Part shown: piece by piece, positions 10,502-18,022 of the stretch
How positions within the stretch are numbered: position 1 is the stretch's first letter
Layout: every line of letters starts with the position of its first letter
Origin: Deinococcales bacterium
GTDB lineage: Bacteria; Deinococcota; Deinococci; Deinococcales; JAAFIG01
Reading direction: 5' to 3'
Length of the DNA: 36,593 nt
NCBI GenBank assembly: GCA_031418155.1
Contig: JANOWZ010000261.1
Location: forward strand, 1-36,593
Position numbers and translations under genes: made by a program
The notes under the pieces: model-generated
Told to the model about the DNA's origin: nothing
Databases searched by the model: none
What the model saw: only the letters and a program-made list of their open reading frames with translations

Positions 10502-10566
10502 CCCGTGACATTCGCCTATGACTTGGGGCCGTGAGATTCTCCCGTGAGATGGGTTCGTGACAAATC
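10502..10566. repeat. Five 13-bp-phased YRTGAS direct repeats in a divergent promoter region
   Basis: CGTGAC 10504, TATGAC 10517, CGTGAG 10530, CGTGAG 10543, CGTGAC 10556. Confidence 0.7.
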
Positions 10567-10584
10567 ACCTGCTACACTTTTGCG

Positions 10585-11403
10585 GTGCGCGGTTCATTGG
10601 GTATTTTCAACTTGGTCGATCTCCTGCAATTGCTGGCCGCGAACCATTCCAAGGGCCTGCTGACCGTGCATCACCCATCTCGAGGCGAGTGCAAACTGTA
10701 CTTGGACGGCTCAGGTAGGATGCTGCACGCCGCCTTCGACGACCATGAGGGCATCCCGGCAATCAAAGCGATTCTCGAGGATGAGCACGGTAATTTTGAG
10801 TTCTTGCCGAACCTCTCACCGACCGTGAAATCGATCGACGCGAACCTCGACAACGTGCTCTTTCAGGCCATCCGCGAACTCGAGTCGAAGAAAACGCAGA
10901 CGGTCGCCGAGAAACACGTCGCGCCGCCACAAGAATTGGACACGCCTCGGGTCAAAAGCATCGACCGACTCTCCAACCTGACCCTTTCTGGCGAGGAATT
11001 CGCCGTGATCGAAAAAATGGACGGTCAGATGAGTGCGATTGGTATCGCGCAAAGCACCGGCATCCCGCTCGAGCGCGTGCAAACCATCCTGACGCGCCTC
11101 GCCAGCATTTCCATGATCGAAATCAAACGCCGTGAGGTTCGGATTGCGCAACTGGTGATCGGCCTCTCGAGGGAATTGGTCGGCACCGAAGCCTGCATCG
11201 ACGAGGTGATTCTGAACGCCTGGGAGCGGCAGGCGAACAAGAAGGTGCGCGGCATTCGCATCCGTGAGAAATCCGGGCGCGAGATCGTTTTCCCAACCAT
11301 GTCGCGGCCCGGATTAGGCGCGTATTTGCTGCTCTCGAACAATTCGATCATGCAGTTCGGTTTGCAGGCCGGTAAAAGTGTGCTCGCCAAACCGGAAATG
11401 TAA
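10585..11403 (+). CDS. DUF4388 (PATAN-like) domain protein with a winged-helix-like region
   Basis: N-terminal MRGSLGIFNLVDLLQLLA..KGLLTV..G.FEF is typical of DUF4388. TACACT-N6-GTG. Confidence 0.8.
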   Translation: MRGSLGIFNLVDLLQLLAANHSKGLLTVHHPSRGECKLYLDGSGRMLHAAFDDHEGIPAIKAILEDEHGNFEFLPNLSPTVKSIDANLDNVLFQAIRELESKKTQTVAEKHVAPPQELDTPRVKSIDRLSNLTLSGEEFAVIEKMDGQMSAIGIAQSTGIPLERVQTILTRLASISMIEIKRREVRIAQLVIGLSRELVGTEACIDEVILNAWERQANKKVRGIRIREKSGREIVFPTMSRPGLGAYLLLSNNSIMQFGLQAGKSVLAKPEM

Positions 11404-11461
11404 CCGGTCTGAATGTGCGCGGCTCGAGATTGGTTCATTTTCCCGTGCTACCCTGTTTCTC

Positions 11462-11863
11462 ATGAGCCGCAGCCTGCCTCGAGTTTCTTGGTCCACCCGA
11501 ATTTGGGTGGGGCAGGTTGTTCAAGCCCGAGTCTGGTTGGTGCTGCTCGCCATTGTGCTTTCCAGTGATTGCGGTCGCAGCCTCGAGCAAACCTTCGAGA
11601 CCGTCGTAACCACCGTGCGCGAGGTCGTGATTCGTCTGGCGCATCCGAACAGCGTCGCCCAAGATCAGATTGCGCTCGAGCCGCAACGATTCGGACTCGA
11701 GACTGGTTCTGGAATGCCGATCCTGACCCCAGTCGGATTGCTGCTGGTTCAACTCGAGTTGCTGCTGGTTGGACTTGCGCTGGCAGTCAGTGGGTGGCAC
11801 TCGAGGCAGCATTTAAACCTGATCGCCCCACGGGGCCCGCCCGTTCGTCTCGTTTGCGCCTGA
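11462..11863 (+). CDS. Small hydrophobic hypothetical protein with C-terminal RGPP motif (candidate arrest peptide)
   Basis: TACCCT-N7-ATG 11462; fills the gap between genes; two hydrophobic segments; four in-frame CTC GAG (LE) codon pairs like host genes; ends LNLIAPRGPPVRLVCA. Confidence 0.55.
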   Translation: MSRSLPRVSWSTRIWVGQVVQARVWLVLLAIVLSSDCGRSLEQTFETVVTTVREVVIRLAHPNSVAQDQIALEPQRFGLETGSGMPILTPVGLLLVQLELLLVGLALAVSGWHSRQHLNLIAPRGPPVRLVCA

Positions 11864-11902
11864 AAACCCAAACGCCTGCCAACCGTGCGTTAAACTGTGC
11901 CA

Positions 11903-12157
11903 GTGCCAAACCTGCACCAACCTGAAGTGACCGCCTTTATCCTGTATTCCAGGCCCGGATGTCACCTTTGCGAGATGGCGAAAACCGCTCTCGAGAAGGC
12001 GAACCTCAACATCACCGAGGTTTCGGTCGAATCCGATCCGGCACTCGAGGATGAATACGGCATTGAAATCCCAGTCCTGACAACCGCTACTGGCAAAACG
12101 CTCCTCAAAGGCGTTTTCACCGAGGTACGCATCGCCGCGATGCTGCTCAAACTCTAA
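11903..12157 (+). CDS. Glutaredoxin-like protein (DUF836/NrdH-like)
   Basis: LYSRPGCHLC CxxC motif and YGIEIPVL cis-Pro motif. TAAACT-N6-GTG 11903. Confidence 0.85.
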   Translation: MPNLHQPEVTAFILYSRPGCHLCEMAKTALEKANLNITEVSVESDPALEDEYGIEIPVLTTATGKTLLKGVFTEVRIAAMLLKL

Positions 12158-12197
12158 AAATCCTGTTCTCAAAAAATCCTGTCTCTCGAGGTTTCCT

Positions 12198-13163
12198 GTG
12201 CATCCAGAACTCTTCAACATCTTCGGTTTCAAAGTCGCCTGGTATGGTGTCCTCATCACGCTCGGTGTGCTCGTTGGCGCTATCGTCGCGCAGCGCATGG
12301 CCGAGAAGCGTGGCCTGAACGCCAACCTCCTTTCCGACATGACCGTTTGGGTCGTCGCCTGGGGCGTGGTCGGCGCTCGCCTGATGTACATTGCCACGAG
12401 CCCCGGCCAATTCATCGGCACGCCGTTTCTGCATTGGATCAACATCCGCGAGGGTGGCATTTCGATTCACGGCGGTGTGATCGCTGGAATCATGGTGATC
12501 CTCTATTACCAACGTCGCTACAAAATCAACTTTTACCATTACGCCGATTTGATGACTCCGGGCCTCGCCATGGGCGTGATCGGCGGACGCATCGGCAATT
12601 TCTTCAACGGTTCTGACACGATGGGACGCCTGACCGGATGGCCCGTCGGCTTTACCTGGCCGAGCGTTGGCGAACCGATCCTCGGGATTTTTAAGGGCGA
12701 GAACAACTGGGCCGGAATGCCTGGATTGTGCAAAGTCAATGACACTTGGGACGTGCTGCCCAAAATCCTTTGCCGTGACGAGTACGTGCGTGGTCCGGTT
12801 CACTTGACCCAGATTTACGGTGCGATCATCGGGATCATTCTGACCATCGCTGCGTTCTACTGGTTGCGCTCAAAACGTCCCGGCTGGGCGACCTGGCAGT
12901 TCATCCTCTGGTACAGTTTGCTTCGTGGCGGCGTGGAAGAAACCTTCCGCTTAAACCCACTCTGGCCGAAAGTCTACCTATCAGAGGGTCCGAACGCTGC
13001 CGGAATCGGGTTGTTCACCGTGACGCAAGTCTTCTCAATCCCCATCGTGATCCTCGCGGCCTACATGCTTTACGTGATCGCCCGCCGACCACTGCCACCT
13101 GAAACCTTGAGTCCCGTAATCGTTCCAAGCGGTGGACCCTCCAGTACGGCTCAGGGAGCTTGA
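12198..13163 (+). CDS. lgt: Prolipoprotein diacylglyceryl transferase
   Basis: WYG, GGISIHGG, GRIGNFFNG and HLTQIY Lgt signatures; multiple TM segments. Confidence 0.95.
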   Translation: MHPELFNIFGFKVAWYGVLITLGVLVGAIVAQRMAEKRGLNANLLSDMTVWVVAWGVVGARLMYIATSPGQFIGTPFLHWINIREGGISIHGGVIAGIMVILYYQRRYKINFYHYADLMTPGLAMGVIGGRIGNFFNGSDTMGRLTGWPVGFTWPSVGEPILGIFKGENNWAGMPGLCKVNDTWDVLPKILCRDEYVRGPVHLTQIYGAIIGIILTIAAFYWLRSKRPGWATWQFILWYSLLRGGVEETFRLNPLWPKVYLSEGPNAAGIGLFTVTQVFSIPIVILAAYMLYVIARRPLPPETLSPVIVPSGGPSSTAQGA

Positions 13164-13164
13164 C

Positions 13165-14628
13165 GTGTCGCTCGCCGTGGTGATCCTCGCTGCCGGTCAG
13201 GGAACGCGCATGAAAAGTGGGTTGCCCAAAGTCCTGCACCGTGCCGCCGGTCGCCCCATGCTCGAGCACGTGCTTCTGGCGGCCCGGACGCTGGAGCCGG
13301 AACGCATCGTGATTGTCACCGGTCACGGCGCGGATGATGTTGAGGTGTTCTTTGCGAATTCAGGCGTGACCTTTGCCCGTCAGCACGAACAACTCGGCAC
13401 AGCGCACGCTTTCAAGCAGGCGATTCCGGCCCTCGAGGGATTCCACGGCGAGATTCTGGTGCTGTACGGCGACACGCCCATGCTCAAATCCGAAACGTTG
13501 AAGGCAGCGCTCGAGCAGCATCTCGAGACGAAATCCGGCATGACGGTCTTGACCGCCGATGTCGATAACCCCAGCGGTTACGGTCGGATCATGCGCGACT
13601 CGAGCGGGCAGGTTTTGAAGATTGTCGAAGAAAAGGGCGCAAGTGTCGCCGAGAAAACCGTCAAGGAAATCAACTCTGGTGTCTATGCCTTCTCGAGTCG
13701 GGCGCTCGAGTTGGTCCATCAGATCGGCAGCGAAAATGCCGCCAAAGAGTTCTACCTGACCGATATTCTCGAGTTGTACCGCAAGGCGGGCGATGGTGTT
13801 CGTGCTTACAAGAGCACCGATCCAACCGAACTCGAGGGTGTAAACGACCGGGTTCAACTCGCGGCAGCCGATAAAGTCTTGCGCGACCGAATCCGTGACC
13901 GTTGGTTGCGTTCCGGCGTGACCATGATCGACCCAGCCACGACCTACATCGACGATACGGTGACGCTCGAGCCTGATGTGATCCTCAGCCCGAATGTCTT
14001 TCTCGAGGGCACGACTTCGATTGGACGCGGTTCATCAATTGGACCGAACTCGAGGATTCTGGACAGCACGCTCGAGCCAAACGTCACGGTTCACGGTTGG
14101 ACGGTGATTCAGGAATCGTATGTCTCGAGCAACGCCGATGTTGGCCCGTTTGCCCGCTTCCGTCCAAACGTGCGGCTCGAGGCTGGGGCTCATGTTGGCA
14201 ACTTCGTCGAGTTGAAAAACACGACGATGGGACCGGGCGCAAAGGCGGGCCATCTCGCCTACCTTGGTGACAGTGATATCGGGGCCGAAGTCAACATTGG
14301 CGCGGGCACGATCACCGCAAATTACGACGGCCTCGGCAAGTACAAAACGCGGATTGGAGCCGGAACCTTCATCGGCTCGAACACCGTGATCGTCGCACCT
14401 CGAGAAATTGGCGAAACCGCCTACGTCGCCGCCGGGTCGGTTGTGACCGAAGACATCCAATCGGGCGATCTGGCCGTAGCTAGAGGTAGGCAACGCAACT
14501 TCAAGGATTGGTCCTTGAAATTCTGGCGCAAAGGACTCGAGAACGTTGGCTTGGAAAAATTCCCATTCATTCGAGGCTGGCTGCAAGGGCGCGGAACCTC
14601 GAGCACGAATTCCGCATCAGAAGATTGA
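13165..14628 (+). CDS. glmU: Bifunctional UDP-N-acetylglucosamine pyrophosphorylase/glucosamine-1-phosphate N-acetyltransferase
   Basis: LAAGQGTRMKS, QLGTAHA, GNFVELK, HLAYLGD and hexapeptide repeats. GTG 13165 follows an AGGGAG RBS. Confidence 0.96.
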   Translation: MSLAVVILAAGQGTRMKSGLPKVLHRAAGRPMLEHVLLAARTLEPERIVIVTGHGADDVEVFFANSGVTFARQHEQLGTAHAFKQAIPALEGFHGEILVLYGDTPMLKSETLKAALEQHLETKSGMTVLTADVDNPSGYGRIMRDSSGQVLKIVEEKGASVAEKTVKEINSGVYAFSSRALELVHQIGSENAAKEFYLTDILELYRKAGDGVRAYKSTDPTELEGVNDRVQLAAADKVLRDRIRDRWLRSGVTMIDPATTYIDDTVTLEPDVILSPNVFLEGTTSIGRGSSIGPNSRILDSTLEPNVTVHGWTVIQESYVSSNADVGPFARFRPNVRLEAGAHVGNFVELKNTTMGPGAKAGHLAYLGDSDIGAEVNIGAGTITANYDGLGKYKTRIGAGTFIGSNTVIVAPREIGETAYVAAGSVVTEDIQSGDLAVARGRQRNFKDWSLKFWRKGLENVGLEKFPFIRGWLQGRGTSSTNSASED

Positions 14629-14759
14629 ACTTCCCGGCTTTCTCGGCGTACCTTATGAACAGTTCAGGCGTGACGATTCACCCCGTCTTCACGCGATACG
14701 ATCAAGCTAGATGGAGATTGGTAGTACGGCCTAACCCGCCGACTCGAGAGGAGAAACCC

Positions 14760-14972
14760 ATGTTCGGACTCGGTGGAACAGAAATCATCATCATCCTCGT
14801 CATTGGCTTGGTCTTGTTCGGCGCGAAACGCCTGCCAGAACTTGGCAAAGGACTCGGAACCGGCATTCGAGAATTCAAAAAAGGTGTCAGCGACATTCGT
14901 GGCGACCTCGAGGATTCCTTGAAGGAAGAAACCCCGGCCCGCAAGACCGAAGCCAACGAAGTCAAGTCTTAA
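14760..14972 (+). CDS. tatA: Twin-arginine translocase subunit TatA/E
   Basis: MFGLGGTEIIIILVIGLVLFGAKRLPELGKGLGTGIREFKKG; GAGGAG RBS. Confidence 0.95.
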   Translation: MFGLGGTEIIIILVIGLVLFGAKRLPELGKGLGTGIREFKKGVSDIRGDLEDSLKEETPARKTEANEVKS

Positions 14973-14996
14973 GGCTCGAGCCTCGAGTCGATACGC

Positions 14997-15764
14997 ATGG
15001 ATTCCCAAGACGAACAATTTAAGGAAGCGCCACTGCTCGATCATCTCGAGGAGTTGCGGGTTCGCATCATCTGGGCGGTCGTGATCTGGGCTGTTGCCAG
15101 TATCGCCGGTTGGTTCCTGGTTGAACCGATCTCCAAAGCCATGATGAACCTCTCGAGCGGTTACGGAGCCAGCGGTGGTAAGATCAATTTTGTCTTCACC
15201 GGCCTGACCGACAAGCTCTCCGCGAGTTTTCAAATCGCCATGTTTGCCGGTTTGGTTTTCGCCATGCCTGGAATCGTCTGGCAACTCTGGTCGTTTATCG
15301 CGCCCGGATTGACTCGAGCCGAGCGTCGTTTCGGTTCGCCATTCATCCTGTTTTTGGGCGTGATGTTCGCGGTTGGCGTGGCGTTCTGTTATTTCGTGGT
15401 GTTGCCTTATGCGATTCCTTTCCTGCTCGGTTTCGGTCCATTCGCCGATGTCACCAACCAGATGCCGTTGCCTGCGTACATCCTCTCTATTTCGTTGTAC
15501 CTGCTCGTGTTTGGTCTCGTGTTCGAATTGCCGCTCGTGATGTACCTGCTAGGACGTTTTGGCCTGATGAGTGCGGCCTTTCTGAGTGCGTACCGTCGTC
15601 ACGCGATCATGGCGATTGTCACGGTCAGCGCCGTGATTACGCCAACGGTCGATCCGGTCAATCTTGCGTTCATGGCCGTGCCACTGTGGATTCTGTACGA
15701 GTTCGGTATTGTGCTTGTACGAATTGCGCAGCGTGGACGCATCGCCAGCCTCGAGCCTGCCTAG
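14997..15764 (+). CDS. tatC: Twin-arginine translocase subunit TatC
   Basis: PLLDHLEELR, WSFIAPGL, FELP and ITPTVDP motifs; 6 TM helices; follows tatA. Confidence 0.96.
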   Translation: MDSQDEQFKEAPLLDHLEELRVRIIWAVVIWAVASIAGWFLVEPISKAMMNLSSGYGASGGKINFVFTGLTDKLSASFQIAMFAGLVFAMPGIVWQLWSFIAPGLTRAERRFGSPFILFLGVMFAVGVAFCYFVVLPYAIPFLLGFGPFADVTNQMPLPAYILSISLYLLVFGLVFELPLVMYLLGRFGLMSAAFLSAYRRHAIMAIVTVSAVITPTVDPVNLAFMAVPLWILYEFGIVLVRIAQRGRIASLEPA

Positions 15765-15817
15765 ATTCTGATTTCAACTTGAGCGACCCATTTGGCTCGA
15801 GCGGTTAGACTGTCCTC

Positions 15818-16894
15818 ATGGATTCCCAAATCGACAACCTGCGGGCAGAAATCGACACCATCAACCTCGAGATTCTCAAACTCCTCTCGAGCCGTGCCAG
15901 CGTCGTCTCGCAAATCGGTCAGCGCCAAACCGAACTGAGCCTGAAGCATTACGATCCGGCCCGTGAAACGCAAATGCTCGACGCGCTCGAGAAGGCGAAC
16001 ACTGGCCCTTATCCGGCCAGCACGATCAAGCAATTGTTCAAAGAGATTTTCAAAGCCAGCCTTGATCTCGAGGAACGCCAAGACAAACCGCGCATGAAAT
16101 ACTCGCGCAAGGCCAAAGCGGAATCCTCACACGTCGTGGTCGAAAACGAGGGTGCCCGAGTTGTGTTCGGTGACGGCAGCAAAACCCTGATTGCTGGACC
16201 GTGCAGCATTGAGAGCTGGGAACAACTTGAGAGCACCGCTGCATTCCTTTCCAGCAAAGGCGTGAAAGTCCTGCGTGGCGGCGCGTACAAGCCACGCACC
16301 AGCCCCTACGGATTTCAAGGCATGGGCGAAGAGGGCCTGAAACTCGGTGCTCGAGCCGCCGAGAAGCACAAGATGATTTTCGTGACCGAGGTCATGGATA
16401 CCCGAGATGTTGGTCTGATCGCCGAATACGCCGACATCTTGCAGATTGGCACCCGCAACGCCCAGAATTTTGCGCTGCTCAAAGAAGTTGCTCGAGCCGG
16501 ACGGCCTGTGCTCCTCAAACGCGGTTTCTCGCAAACGATGGAAGAATGGATGCTCTCAGCCGAGTACATCCTTGCGGGCGGCGAAGAACGCCTGATCCTG
16601 TGCGAGCGCGGCATTCGCACTTTCGAGAAATGGACGCGGAACACGCTTGATCTTTCTGCTGTCGCCGTGGCCAAACTCGAGACGCACTTGCCGGTGATCG
16701 TTGACGTTACACACGCAGCGGGCCGACGCGACATCCTCACACCGCTCGCCAAAGCCGCACTCGCGGTTGGAGCAGATGGAGTTCACATTGAAGTTCACCC
16801 GAACCCAAAAGTGGCCCTTTCCGACAGCGAACAACAACTCGATTTTGTACAATTCGAGACGTTCTTGCACGACATTGAACCGATGATGAAATGA
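15818..16894 (+). CDS. aroF: Bifunctional chorismate mutase/DAHP synthase (type I-beta, B. subtilis AroA(G)-like architecture)
   Basis: N-terminal AroQ-type LRAEID..YDPARE domain, then IAGPCSIES, GGAYKPRTSPY, LCERGIRTFE and DVTH. TAGACT-N6-ATG. Confidence 0.92.
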   Translation: MDSQIDNLRAEIDTINLEILKLLSSRASVVSQIGQRQTELSLKHYDPARETQMLDALEKANTGPYPASTIKQLFKEIFKASLDLEERQDKPRMKYSRKAKAESSHVVVENEGARVVFGDGSKTLIAGPCSIESWEQLESTAAFLSSKGVKVLRGGAYKPRTSPYGFQGMGEEGLKLGARAAEKHKMIFVTEVMDTRDVGLIAEYADILQIGTRNAQNFALLKEVARAGRPVLLKRGFSQTMEEWMLSAEYILAGGEERLILCERGIRTFEKWTRNTLDLSAVAVAKLETHLPVIVDVTHAAGRRDILTPLAKAALAVGADGVHIEVHPNPKVALSDSEQQLDFVQFETFLHDIEPMMK

Positions 16895-16951
16895 ACTCAA
16901 CCCTCGAGCCTCCATCTAAACTTGTCTCGAGCACGTAAGCTTGAACAGACG

Positions 16952-17989
16952 ATGCTGAAAACTATCTTTGACACGCTCCTCAAAGTCACCGATCCGCGCC
17001 CGAAATACATCGGTTCGCGCTGCCTGGTCGAAAAAAATTCGGTCGGTGGTTGCGACAAGTGCATGACCGCCTGCCCGCACGATGCGGTGCGGATCACGGA
17101 TCACATCGAAATCCTCGAGGGAGCCTGCACGGGTTGCGGTCTTTGCGTGCAAGTTTGTCCAACGGGGGCGCTCGAGTATGACCTGTTGCCAATGCTTGGT
17201 GCATTGAAAGACCAGGGCGTGCGGGTTGCGGAATCACTTGAACCTGTGGCGGTGCTGACCTGCTCCAAAGTTCCGGGCAACGCAGCTCACATCGAATGCC
17301 TCGGTCGCGTCAGCCCCGCCATGATCCTCGCCTCGAGCGCCTGGGGCCAAGAACTTCAATTGATTCGATCCGAGTGTGCCACCTGCAAAATCGGTGGCCC
17401 AACCGTTCCAGAAAGCCTCGAGAACGTCCTCGAGATCGCCCGGATGTACCGCAAGAATTTGGGCGGCGAACCATTGAATGTCAGTATCCTCGAGCATCAA
17501 CCCGGAGAACCCGGACAGTCTGCACCAATCCCAACAACGCCACCCAAACCCGTCTCGAGACGAGATGCGTTCAAAGAAATTTTTCAAGGTGGAAAACGTG
17601 GCCTCGCACAAGTCGTGCCAGAAAATCCGATTCCTGGTGTAATTACAACACTCGAGGCCCCACGGATTCCAGATGAATGGAAATGGCGCAAGCTCACGCT
17701 CAAGCCTCGTCCGCTGGACGAAACGCAGCAATACTGGCCCGTCCCATCCGTCAACGATGACTGCATTTTCTGTCCGGTTTGCGAAAACGTCTGCCCGACC
17801 AAAGCCGTCACCCGAACCCGAGATTCCAGCGGACATTACACGATCAATCTCGAGGTTGCCGCCTGCACCGGCTGTGATGCCTGTGTCAAATCCTGCCCAC
17901 CGAGCGCGATGAAACTCGAGCCGGAAGTTCAGTTCGCACAACTGACCCAAACCTTGTTGCTGCATGAAGGAGATGGACTCGAGGGATAA
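16952..17989 (+). CDS. Polyferredoxin (multiple 4Fe-4S dicluster domains)
   Basis: CDKCMTACP, CTGCGLCVQVCP, CIFCPVCENVCP and CTGCDACVKSCP motifs. Confidence 0.85.
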   Translation: MLKTIFDTLLKVTDPRPKYIGSRCLVEKNSVGGCDKCMTACPHDAVRITDHIEILEGACTGCGLCVQVCPTGALEYDLLPMLGALKDQGVRVAESLEPVAVLTCSKVPGNAAHIECLGRVSPAMILASSAWGQELQLIRSECATCKIGGPTVPESLENVLEIARMYRKNLGGEPLNVSILEHQPGEPGQSAPIPTTPPKPVSRRDAFKEIFQGGKRGLAQVVPENPIPGVITTLEAPRIPDEWKWRKLTLKPRPLDETQQYWPVPSVNDDCIFCPVCENVCPTKAVTRTRDSSGHYTINLEVAACTGCDACVKSCPPSAMKLEPEVQFAQLTQTLLLHEGDGLEG

Positions 17990-18009
17990 GCTCGAGTCCA
18001 TCTCCTTTT
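17967..18009 (+). terminator. Intrinsic terminator between convergent genes, possibly bidirectional
   Basis: Perfect 17-bp inverted repeat AAGGAGATGGACTCGAG (17967-17983)/CTCGAGTCCATCTCCTT (17991-18007), 7-nt loop, ending in a TTTT run (18006-18009). Confidence 0.75.
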
Positions 18010-18022
18010 GGAGGATTGAAGA

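Noticed and set aside
10502-10566. CRISPR array or iteron origin
   Set aside because: Units are 13 bp, degenerate and have no spacers; no cas or rep gene nearby.
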